A stretch of DNA of 64,000 nucleotides from the IMG/VR virus record IMGVR_UViG_3300037313_000492, positions 1,058 through 65,057 of that record; one strand, 5' to 3'. The notes beneath the pieces were generated by a model, which had not been told where the DNA came from, made no database searches, and was given only the letters and a program-made list of their open reading frames with translations. This DNA comes from a virus. Its lineage: Duplodnaviria > Caudoviricetes. Each line of letters starts with the position of its first letter. The first letter of the stretch is position 1. Position numbers and translations under genes: made by a program. This document shows positions 20,065 to 28,677 of the stretch, in pieces.

Positions 20065-21372
20065 TTGAAAACTCGTATTCTTTTGGCGGCTATCGCCGTT
20101 GCTTTTCCTCGTACTTACGCTGTCGCGGCTGACGACGCCTGCACAGTGACCCCTTCTCAGGTTGTCGATTTCGCGAACCGCGACTCCAACCGCATTACCG
20201 GCAATATCGCCATGGTGATTGCCCGCAAAGCTCCATACATCAACGTCCTTGAGGGCGGTGTTTTGGAGAATGTGTCTGACACCGTTCGCGCAATCGTGCA
20301 GGAGCGTGCTTATCTTGGACACTCCCTGACCGCTCCAGTATTTACTCAAAGCTCCCAGGCTTGCGGCACTGTTGGCCAGGATGCGCAGGTTGGCTCCACT
20401 GAGTTCACCGAAACTCTCGGCACTCTCCGTGGCCGTGGTCCTCGCGTGTGCGTTAAGACCACTCGCACCGCTTTTACTCAGTCTTACGCTGCGGCTGAAG
20501 ACGCGCTGAAAAAGCAACTCGTCCAGCTCAATAACGCCGATGTCCGCGCTCAGTTGGTGAACCGCTCCGGCTGTAAGCTGGTTGTGAACTCCACCGGATC
20601 TTTCGAGCAGATGTTCGACGGCGGCACCAATGCGATTGATACCGCATTCCCGACCGCTCTGGGCGGGGGCGTTCCAAACGCCGCGATCAATTTCACGCTC
20701 CTGAAATACCTCGGCGACTTCCTCCGCGAAGACCTCCTCGTTGAACCGTTCGAGGACAGCAAGTCTGGCGAAATCCTTCGCTTCATCGGTTCTCAGCAGA
20801 TTTTGCAGGTGATGCGCAATGATCTTGGCATCAAGAACGACTTTCGAGCCATCACCACGGGTCAATGGAAGGTCGGCAAGGACAACATCGACGGCTACTC
20901 ATGGGAAGGGCCTTATCAGGGGATTACCTTCGGCATCGACTCCCAGCCACTCCGGTTCTCGAACGTGGACGGAAACGGCCAGCCGATCTTCATCGAGCCT
21001 GAAATCGCTGTTGCTACCACGAAGGGCGTAGGCGCTCGCATCAATCCAGCTTGGGCGCGTGCTCGCTACGAGGTTGGAATCCTGATGGGCATGAACTCCT
21101 TCCGTCGCCGTGTGCCAAAGCGTTACATGGGCGCAGCCGGGTTCAAGTTCCCGCCGCAGTTGGTCAATGGCGAACTCGAATTCGCCGTGATCCGCGACAA
21201 CGCTTGCAACCAGTTCCAGGACTTCGGCCAGCATCTCTACCAGATCGAGCGTTCCTATCGTCCAGAGCGCCCGCACTCGGTTTGCGCTATCGCTTACAAG
21301 CGTTGCGCCGTTGACTTCGGCCTGACGAGCTGCACGGATTACCCGAACTACAGTTCGACGGATAGCCTCTAA
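20065..21372 (+). CDS. major capsid protein (putative)
   Basis: 435 aa, strongly biased high-expression codon usage (GCT/CGT/CGC), long AT-rich upstream region, strong downstream hairpin, position before tail genes. Confidence 0.75.
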   Translation: MKTRILLAAIAVAFPRTYAVAADDACTVTPSQVVDFANRDSNRITGNIAMVIARKAPYINVLEGGVLENVSDTVRAIVQERAYLGHSLTAPVFTQSSQACGTVGQDAQVGSTEFTETLGTLRGRGPRVCVKTTRTAFTQSYAAAEDALKKQLVQLNNADVRAQLVNRSGCKLVVNSTGSFEQMFDGGTNAIDTAFPTALGGGVPNAAINFTLLKYLGDFLREDLLVEPFEDSKSGEILRFIGSQQILQVMRNDLGIKNDFRAITTGQWKVGKDNIDGYSWEGPYQGITFGIDSQPLRFSNVDGNGQPIFIEPEIAVATTKGVGARINPAWARARYEVGILMGMNSFRRRVPKRYMGAAGFKFPPQLVNGELEFAVIRDNACNQFQDFGQHLYQIERSYRPERPHSVCAIAYKRCAVDFGLTSCTDYPNYSSTDSL

Positions 21373-21389
21373 GATTAGGCGATGGGTTG

Positions 21390-21430
21390 TGGCGCACCTG
21401 GTTATACGGTTTTCCAGGTGCGCCATTCCT
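21390..21430 (+). terminator. strong hairpin, likely leaky terminator after the capsid gene
   Basis: perfect 12-bp stem TGGCGCACCTGG/CCAGGTGCGCCA with a weak T tail. Confidence 0.6.
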
Positions 21431-21461
21431 TAAAAAGCCGTGGCCTTAGAGTTTCTTTCCT

Positions 21462-21785
21462 ATGAGTCCAAGCCCTGCCGACTTAGCCGCAATTCTGCGG
21501 ACAATTTACGCCCGATTCACAACCCTTTTCGGGCTCACAAAACAAGAGGAGTTGGTTGCTCGGGCGCTCTCTGGAGAGTCTGAGAACCTTATCTCCTGCT
21601 TCTCGCGGTTCCTCATCGACAAGGATGGGAACTATATTGCTCCCGCTGACATCGTTGACCCCTCCACGAGCGCGGTGATGATCGGCACAAAGGCGCGTCT
21701 TCTACCGCTCACGAACGGGTTCAAAATCCAAGTCCAAAACTCTTCCGGTGCTTGGATTGACCAAATTTCCTATACCCAGTCCTAA
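21462..21785 (+). CDS. hypothetical virion protein
   Basis: 107-aa ORF between capsid and tailspike genes. Confidence 0.55.
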   Translation: MSPSPADLAAILRTIYARFTTLFGLTKQEELVARALSGESENLISCFSRFLIDKDGNYIAPADIVDPSTSAVMIGTKARLLPLTNGFKIQVQNSSGAWIDQISYTQS

Positions 21786-21786
21786 G

Positions 21787-23886
21787 ATGAAAAACCTACT
21801 CTCTTTCTTTGTAATCCTGATTGCGTTCTGTGGAGTTGCGTTTGGTGATGCCGCTCAGTCTACGCCGCTAACGGTTTCCAGCACTACTACGCTGTCTGGA
21901 CCCGTTATTCTGTCTGGATCAGTTTCAGGCAACGGCATTTCAAGCTATGTGTACGGGGCGAAAGCCAATGTTAAGCTATACGGCGCAAAAGGTGATGGAA
22001 CTACGGACGATACCGCCGCATTCCAATCTGCATTGTCTTCTAGCACCGGGGCAGTTTACGTTCCATCTGGTAGCTACAAAGTCGGAAACCTAACACTAGT
22101 TAGGGATACTTATATTTTTGGAGATGGTGCCATATCCTCTCTAAAGTTCTCAGCCCCATCCACTGGAGCATGCATTAGCAGCGGAACCTTATACACACTT
22201 AAGGTAAGCGATTTAGATTTTGATGGAGGAAACAATGTCACCGGATCGGGAACGTCTGGAGGAACTAGAAGCGCAATTCAGGTTTGGGCTAGCACTTCAG
22301 GTGCATTCGTGTGGCATTGCTCTATTCATGGCTTCTCTGGCGTGGGTGTTCAGGAATTCGGCAATAGTCTTCCTTTGGTATACGGGCCTAGGATTTCTGA
22401 AAACGATATTTACTACAACGGAATCGGGATAAGCACCGGAATCACGACGACAGATGGCGAGTATTCGGTAATCAGTGGAAATGCGGTGCGCAACTGCGGC
22501 ACTGGAATAATGGTGAATTCGGGAAATACGGTAGTCAGCCGTAACACCTTAACTCAAAATGGGTATGGTGTAATTGTAAATCAGTATTCAAATCCGGCAC
22601 ATGGGGCTATAGAAGGGAATCTGATTAACCATTCGGATACCTTTGGAATTGTTGCAAATGCAACGGCGCAAGGCGAGATTATAACAGGTAACCAATTACT
22701 TGCATCAGATGTGTCTCTTACCGGACCAGTCTCATTTAGCCACAACAATCTGTTTGTGAGTAGCACAATTGCGCTGGCGGGGGCGGGTGGGTCATTCACC
22801 GACAACTGGCTTCAGGGAATGCCGTCATCAGCTATTCCTGTCCCGCCAACGTGGATATTCTCAAATAATACAATAGGATACACCGGGAAGTGTCTCAATG
22901 ACCAGTCGTACCCTATTCTAAACCAAAAGGCTTATTATGACACGAACTCAGGAACTTTGAACTTGGATGGCCCGTCGTTGGGTAGCAACCTGATTAGCAA
23001 CGGTAGTTTTGCTAGCGGTACGTCTAACTGGGGATTCATAGGAGGTGCTTGGTCAATTACGGGAACTTCTGCGAAAACTACTGGCGATGATAATAGCTAT
23101 CTAACACAGACCATCACTGTAACTGACACAACCAACTACTTGGTAGAGTACACAATTCTTAATGATTTGGGTACAGGATCGGTAAACTACTCGACGTTGT
23201 GGATAGGGATTGGGGGGGCTGGAGGATATCAAGTTCCTAGTGCGAAGGGATACCATTCCGTTATTATCAAGACCCCGGTTTCTACCCAGCAAACTATCTT
23301 CTTCGGCAGCCTTGGGTCAGGCGGATGGGAAATTACAAATCTAAGTGTTAAGAAAATCCTAGCAACAAGTGGCGGTGGTAAGGCCATAGCAAACAGCCTA
23401 GCCATACTAGGAACCGGAACAACCGCCATGACTGGGGATGCGTCGGGGCTCGTAAACGTGAATAAATACGCCCCCGCATTGCGCGTTTATCAAAGTGGAA
23501 CACAGGTCATACCAGATTCCACTAACACAACCGTGGCGTATCCGTCAGTGGATACTAACGTCACCGTTCCATCTAATTGCTACAACAGCTCAACCGGCGT
23601 TTGGACTCCAACAACGGCTGGTGTTTATTACGTCATTGCTCAAGTGCAAGTTGGATCGAGTGTTACGGGCCCTCACCTGCACATAATGAAAAATGGAAAC
23701 TCTGGCGAGTTCGTTGCGACAAAGCAGCTTGGAAGCGCAAGTTCCGGAGACACAATAACAGTAAGCGCCGTAGTGTACATGAATGGAACCACTGACACAC
23801 TGAATGTCATGTATGCGTCCAGCGGTGTTACGCTAACAGGATTCAATGCCACTATGACGTTCTTCAGTGGGTTCTTTGTTCACTAA
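21787..23886 (+). CDS. tailspike / depolymerase with right-handed beta-helix, CBM-like and C1q-like domains
   Basis: NVKLYGAKGDGTTDDTAAFQSAL (pectate-lyase-3-like start), parallel beta-helix repeats (ISGNAVRN, VSRNTLTQN), NLISNGSF..W CBM-like motif; start likely ATG 21787 (MKNLLS). Confidence 0.8.
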   Translation: MKNLLSFFVILIAFCGVAFGDAAQSTPLTVSSTTTLSGPVILSGSVSGNGISSYVYGAKANVKLYGAKGDGTTDDTAAFQSALSSSTGAVYVPSGSYKVGNLTLVRDTYIFGDGAISSLKFSAPSTGACISSGTLYTLKVSDLDFDGGNNVTGSGTSGGTRSAIQVWASTSGAFVWHCSIHGFSGVGVQEFGNSLPLVYGPRISENDIYYNGIGISTGITTTDGEYSVISGNAVRNCGTGIMVNSGNTVVSRNTLTQNGYGVIVNQYSNPAHGAIEGNLINHSDTFGIVANATAQGEIITGNQLLASDVSLTGPVSFSHNNLFVSSTIALAGAGGSFTDNWLQGMPSSAIPVPPTWIFSNNTIGYTGKCLNDQSYPILNQKAYYDTNSGTLNLDGPSLGSNLISNGSFASGTSNWGFIGGAWSITGTSAKTTGDDNSYLTQTITVTDTTNYLVEYTILNDLGTGSVNYSTLWIGIGGAGGYQVPSAKGYHSVIIKTPVSTQQTIFFGSLGSGGWEITNLSVKKILATSGGGKAIANSLAILGTGTTAMTGDASGLVNVNKYAPALRVYQSGTQVIPDSTNTTVAYPSVDTNVTVPSNCYNSSTGVWTPTTAGVYYVIAQVQVGSSVTGPHLHIMKNGNSGEFVATKQLGSASSGDTITVSAVVYMNGTTDTLNVMYASSGVTLTGFNATMTFFSGFFVH

Positions 23887-23902
23887 ATAAACAATATGAT
23901 CC

Positions 23903-24226
23903 ATGATAACAGCCAACCAGCGAAAAATCCTTGGAGTAATTTGGATGCCTGCTGAAGTGGCACAAGAGCAAGGAATGATTCACAAGCCCCCATTTCAGGA
24001 ATTGGTAGGGATTTTAACAGGAGCGGCGGTTTCCAGTGCGGGAGCCGCTTCTTACTGGCTTGATTTGCTTCACTCCATGCTTGGAAACGTGGCAACGATT
24101 GTGGCGATTATCGCTGGTATCTACTCCATTCGCGCCTCAATTTCTTCGATGAACAAAACCCAAGGCAGAAAGCCGAAACATGAAAAGACTCACCGCCCTC
24201 ATTCTACTCATCATCGCAGCGAATAG
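23903..24226 (+). CDS. holin-like membrane protein
   Basis: hydrophobic segments with a basic C-tail, located in the lysis block. Confidence 0.45.
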   Translation: MITANQRKILGVIWMPAEVAQEQGMIHKPPFQELVGILTGAAVSSAGAASYWLDLLHSMLGNVATIVAIIAGIYSIRASISSMNKTQGRKPKHEKTHRPHSTHHRSE

Positions 24227-24593
24227 CTTTGCTGATCCATTCCCAGGCACTACAACGCCAGGGAATATGGATCGTGACACGCAATCGCTCTGGAAGATCA
24301 ACCGGCTTCTGGATGACGCGGCCAGCGGCGCGAAGCCAATTCAGGTTGCCACGTCTGGAACCGCTACAACCGTAGCCGTGGTTTCTGGCACTTCGTTGAC
24401 AACCTCTGGAACCATTGCGGCGGGCGCTCGACAAGTGATCCTAACGACCAGCTCCAATTATGCTGGTACGGTTCTAGGTGCCACATTCAACGCCAGCGAA
24501 ACCCAAACGATCAGCGCACCGGATGGCATGACGCTATCGGCCATTCCATTCACCATTTCATCTGGCACATTGAGGGCTCTGAAAACGAACTAG
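24180..24593 (+). CDS. hypothetical protein with a signal-peptide-like N-terminus
   Basis: MKRLTALILLIIAANSFA-D; Thr/Ser-rich beta C-terminus. Confidence 0.6.
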   Translation: MKRLTALILLIIAANSFADPFPGTTTPGNMDRDTQSLWKINRLLDDAASGAKPIQVATSGTATTVAVVSGTSLTTSGTIAAGARQVILTTSSNYAGTVLGATFNASETQTISAPDGMTLSAIPFTISSGTLRALKTN

Positions 24594-24596
24594 GCC

Positions 24597-24866
24597 ATGA
24601 CCAAGACGCAACAGCGTGCGGTGCTTTACCTCGTCATCGCAATAGCGGCTCCGCTGCATGACGGAATATCCAGCATTCACTCAGTCAGGGACGCGGTAAT
24701 CCTCGCTCTGGCTGTTTTGCTTTCTGCGGCCAATACACTGCGGGCGTTCATCGACACAACCCCTGGTGACGAGAAAAAGGCTTTACCTTCAGGGGAAACA
24801 GGAGTAAGCCCACAGGCAACCCCTGAGTTGTCGACTCAGGAAAAAACCGAAACCAAAACATCATGA
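24597..24866 (+). CDS. holin-like two-TM protein
   Basis: two hydrophobic helices and a hydrophilic tail, upstream of the lipoprotein and endolysin candidates. Confidence 0.5.
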   Translation: MTKTQQRAVLYLVIAIAAPLHDGISSIHSVRDAVILALAVLLSAANTLRAFIDTTPGDEKKALPSGETGVSPQATPELSTQEKTETKTS

Positions 24867-25306
24867 AACACTCGCTCATCAAACTCGTATATGTCGCAGC
24901 CATTGCAGCAATGTTCCCGGCTTGCGCGTCCGTGGACGCTCTCAATTCCAAGGCGGACACCTTCCTTTCCAATCCCACAACTCAGGCAGTGATTGCCGAT
25001 GTTACGCCTATTGCTGAAAGCTACCTATTGAGTGGCGGAAAGATTGGAAGTGCTGATGCCGTGAATCTTGGTCTTCAATCCATCGTCAAGGTGGCGACTG
25101 ATCCAAATGTGGTGAAATCCAATGGCGATCTTTGGAATCTCATCGCCAATACGGCATCCGTGTTCTCTGGTGATCCGAAGTTCACGAAGCCAGGTCAAGA
25201 CTTGGCGACGGCGGTATTGAAATCGCTGCCCACCAAGCCTACCCCGGCACAGGTTCAAACCGCTATCTCTGCTGCTGGAGTGGCGGTTAGCAACGCTGCT
25301 AACTAA
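24863..25306 (+). CDS. lipoprotein (spanin-like candidate)
   Basis: signal peptide with lipobox-like FPA-C (MKHSLIKLVYVAAIAAMFPAC). Confidence 0.55.
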   Translation: MKHSLIKLVYVAAIAAMFPACASVDALNSKADTFLSNPTTQAVIADVTPIAESYLLSGGKIGSADAVNLGLQSIVKVATDPNVVKSNGDLWNLIANTASVFSGDPKFTKPGQDLATAVLKSLPTKPTPAQVQTAISAAGVAVSNAAN

Positions 25307-25836
25307 TGAGCTTCTGGGAGTCAATCAAATCCTGGTTCGCACCTAAACCCATGGAATCCACTCGCTTTATCAAAAACCCGAAGGTGCCATGGGTCATGGA
25401 GGCTAATGGCGAGGACATCTTGATTAGAGGCGCTATCGTAACCTGTTTTGGTGGCGCCAACGATCCACAGGACAACGGGGATACGTCCAGTGGGGTGAGC
25501 ACAAAAAGGCATCCCGAAATCATGGGGTGTGCGTTGCCTTTCAATATCGCGCATTCTGCTTGTGAAGGCTCACCGATTCCATTCTTTGGCTGGGGTGTTC
25601 GCTCAAACGGAAACCCGAATCCAGACGGGGCTCATGTTTCATTTGTTGACGAACAGAGCGGACAAATCTTAGGCCCTATTCCAGCCATTGACCTCGGGCC
25701 AGGATTGCACACTGGACACGCGGGAGACTTAACCGAAGCAGCGGCAAAAGTGTTTGATCCTCGTGCTAATTCCCGCAGCTTCGAACGCAAACTCACAATC
25801 CGCATCCACGGCGCAGCCAAACACTTGAAAGCATAA
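25306..25836 (+). CDS. endolysin candidate, double-psi beta-barrel (RlpA/expansin-like)
   Basis: TCFGG-x2-D...CALP N-terminal motif and AIDLGPG-x6-DLTEAAA motif resembling DPBB D-x-GP...DLS-x-AA; lysis-block context. Confidence 0.5.
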   Translation: MSFWESIKSWFAPKPMESTRFIKNPKVPWVMEANGEDILIRGAIVTCFGGANDPQDNGDTSSGVSTKRHPEIMGCALPFNIAHSACEGSPIPFFGWGVRSNGNPNPDGAHVSFVDEQSGQILGPIPAIDLGPGLHTGHAGDLTEAAAKVFDPRANSRSFERKLTIRIHGAAKHLKA

Positions 25837-25839
25837 TTT

Positions 25840-26259
25840 ATGAAGAAATTCATTCTCGGAACTCCAGCGCCGGACAAAGGCGAAGTCGAAGACAGGTCTA
25901 TTGCGAACGGCGGACCAGTGATGCTATCGGAGCCATCTGATCCGGAAGGCTTGGCCGAAGACAGCGAATGCGAGGGCAAGGAGTATATGGACCGGCCATC
26001 AGTCTATATTCACAACGCCCCTGAGGGCATGACGGACATCCCCGACGAAGGCCACGCGCATGTGAAGTACAAGGTCGTTGGTAAGCACGAGCGCACTGAC
26101 CGGGATGGCAAGAAGAGCAGTTCCATTGAGATCGAGATTCATCACTTCACGCCGAAAACCCGCAGCGGTGAATCGGAAGAGCCAAAGAAGGGCAAGAAGT
26201 CAGCCCAAGAAGAGGCTGATGAGGCTTTCGACAACTACGAGAAGGATGCGAAGGGATAA
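25840..26259 (+). CDS. acidic hypothetical protein
   Basis: 139-aa ORF. Confidence 0.55.
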   Translation: MKKFILGTPAPDKGEVEDRSIANGGPVMLSEPSDPEGLAEDSECEGKEYMDRPSVYIHNAPEGMTDIPDEGHAHVKYKVVGKHERTDRDGKKSSSIEIEIHHFTPKTRSGESEEPKKGKKSAQEEADEAFDNYEKDAKG

Positions 26260-26266
26260 GTGATCC

Positions 26267-28102
26267 ATGATCGTTTCCGACATCTATCAGAAGGTAGTCA
26301 ACATCCTTGGCAACTCGGATTCGTCCTACGTTTATTCGATCATCTCCGATGCGATTGAACTTGGGGCGAATAAGGGGCTTTATGATCCGCTGATTGGCTA
26401 TCTGAAGATTACAGTTGGGACCGATAACCTAGTTTACCTTCCACGCGATGTGGAGGTGCCGATCCGGATCAATGTCGATTCTAATCCGGCATTCTTCCAC
26501 GACCGTTTCTTTGAGTTTCAGTCGAACACCGACGGCACGCCAACCGGAGACACGCTGGGATACACATGGGATGAGCGCACGCCATGTGCCTTGCAAAAGA
26601 CGATTGCCGACACTGGCATGACATTTAAGGCGTTTGGTTTCAGTGCCAGCGATAATGGGAAAACAGTGACGCTGTACGGCACGGACATCAACGGCCAGAC
26701 GCAATCCGAGGTTCTGACCATTCACAACGCAACGCCCACGGCGGGAACTGTGACATGGGCGGATGTGGCCGCTGCGTATAACGGCGCTACGGCTGGAACG
26801 GTTTCCATCAAAGGGGCAACCGATACCCTTCTCTATGCACTTTACGCTATTGGCGACGTGGAGCCGAAGTTTCGCCGGATTCGTGTTTCCAAGGCGGGCG
26901 CAACTCTCCGCGTAATGTATCGCCGGAGGACGTTCAAGGTTTCAGCGCAGACAGACTACATCCCGCTGCATTCAGAGCTGTCCTTAGTCATGTTCTGTAA
27001 AGCGGTTAAGCTCAACCTGGAAGACGCCTATGACGCCGCACAAGAGGCAGAAAAGCAAGCTGTCCGTTTCCTCGAAGAAAAACAGGCAACCATCGACTCT
27101 GCCAAAGCCGCTGCGCAAAACGAAATCATACCGACAACAAATCGCAATATCGGCGTTGCTGATGCGGTAATCGTTGGAGACATCTACGACGAGGCTTGCG
27201 ACATCTTTGGGCAGATTGGCAGGGCTCAGTTATTCGATCGGATAACTAGCGCAATCGAGATACTCCAGAATGCCGCACAATGGGATGCATCAATCGGCTA
27301 TTGCAACATCGTGACCGATTCCAGCAGCTATTTTGTGACCCTTCCGCGCTACGTGGACCGGATATTGGCATTGACCGTCAACAGCCTGCCGATGTTGATG
27401 CGCAATAAATGGTTCGAGTTCTCGCTTTCTGGCAATGGCTCCAATGACAACCTCGCAAGACCAACGACATGGGACAACTACGGCGATACGCTAATCGTAA
27501 ATCCTATCGACTCAACAACGCCACTGAGGCTAGCCGCGATTTGCGACGACGCATCGGACGATGGCGTAAGCGTGACAGTGTACGGGTTGGACGACTCGGG
27601 AAATATCCTTAGAACCAGCGGGAACGATGGTCTTGTCATTACGGCGAATACCGCTTTGATGCCTACCACTATAAAGGTTTCTCAAATCACGCTGATAGCG
27701 AAAGGCGCATCCAATTCCTTTATCCGGTTAGTGCAGGTCAATGCTGACGGATCAGAAGGAACATTGCTTGGATACTATCACCCCGATGAGCTTTATCCTA
27801 GATATCAACGCATCCGCATAGGTGCGAAGGGTGCAACGGTTCGGATTCGCTATCGGAAGCGGGATTCCAAGGTTAAAAGCCTAACGGATTTCATTAACCT
27901 TCGTTCACGCACCGCTATTCTTTTGGCGCTCCGTGCTCTCAAGGCGATGAAGGATGACCCTGGCGCTGGCGAGGAATACCGGCAGAACGCCATCAAACTG
28001 CTTTCGGAGGAACAGGCGATAAATAACCCGGCTGAAGCTGGGGGATTGAACATTGATCAATACGTATTCGGTGGAGTTTCAAGCTGGGAGGCAATCGAAT
28101 GA
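26267..28102 (+). CDS. tail tubular/adaptor-like protein, internally duplicated
   Basis: two homologous ~300-aa halves (IVSDIY/IVGDIY, LPRDVE/LPRYVD, FFEF/WFEF, RRIRV/QRIRI); position before the nozzle gene. Confidence 0.6.
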   Translation: MIVSDIYQKVVNILGNSDSSYVYSIISDAIELGANKGLYDPLIGYLKITVGTDNLVYLPRDVEVPIRINVDSNPAFFHDRFFEFQSNTDGTPTGDTLGYTWDERTPCALQKTIADTGMTFKAFGFSASDNGKTVTLYGTDINGQTQSEVLTIHNATPTAGTVTWADVAAAYNGATAGTVSIKGATDTLLYALYAIGDVEPKFRRIRVSKAGATLRVMYRRRTFKVSAQTDYIPLHSELSLVMFCKAVKLNLEDAYDAAQEAEKQAVRFLEEKQATIDSAKAAAQNEIIPTTNRNIGVADAVIVGDIYDEACDIFGQIGRAQLFDRITSAIEILQNAAQWDASIGYCNIVTDSSSYFVTLPRYVDRILALTVNSLPMLMRNKWFEFSLSGNGSNDNLARPTTWDNYGDTLIVNPIDSTTPLRLAAICDDASDDGVSVTVYGLDDSGNILRTSGNDGLVITANTALMPTTIKVSQITLIAKGASNSFIRLVQVNADGSEGTLLGYYHPDELYPRYQRIRIGAKGATVRIRYRKRDSKVKSLTDFINLRSRTAILLALRALKAMKDDPGAGEEYRQNAIKLLSEEQAINNPAEAGGLNIDQYVFGGVSSWEAIE

Positions 28103-28677
28103 AATTCAAAGCACTTGCCCCATTTACTCCGAGGCTAACGAAACTAGCGTGTGATATCTACAAGGCCATTTCGTCAATTGGAGGCACAACTCCGACGCCT
28201 CCGACTCCGCAGCAGTCAGGTGGACTTCCAACGGTAATTACGTCGTTCCCGTACACCCAGACATTCACCGAGACGCCTACATTCTGCACGATTGGGATCT
28301 ACAAAAGTAACCTAATGAAGTCAGTGATTGCGCTGCTTAATCGGTATCCCGGTCGAACTTTTAATTTGTCACTTAGGGCTGACTTGTGGAATTGCACAAC
28401 TCCAGATGGGGGTAGCATTTCATATTCTCCATCAACTGCCGCAATATTTTCGAGGAGCGGAACGTCTCCATTGATTATTGGTATTAGCGGAGGAACCGCC
28501 AATCTTTTGGTTCCAGTCACCCCAAGCTTTGGATATACCACTGATTCAAATGGTGATCCGTGCATTTTTCATTGGTATTTCGATAGGGACGGGGCCTGGA
28601 TTTTCGCGAACAATGACAGCCCAGTTAAATCAACCTATCGGGCATACAAATTGACGGTAACTCTTACTATCAATTAA
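28099..28677 (+). CDS. hypothetical virion protein
   Basis: 192-aa coupled ORF in the tail module. Confidence 0.55.
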   Translation: MKFKALAPFTPRLTKLACDIYKAISSIGGTTPTPPTPQQSGGLPTVITSFPYTQTFTETPTFCTIGIYKSNLMKSVIALLNRYPGRTFNLSLRADLWNCTTPDGGSISYSPSTAAIFSRSGTSPLIIGISGGTANLLVPVTPSFGYTTDSNGDPCIFHWYFDRDGAWIFANNDSPVKSTYRAYKLTVTLTIN

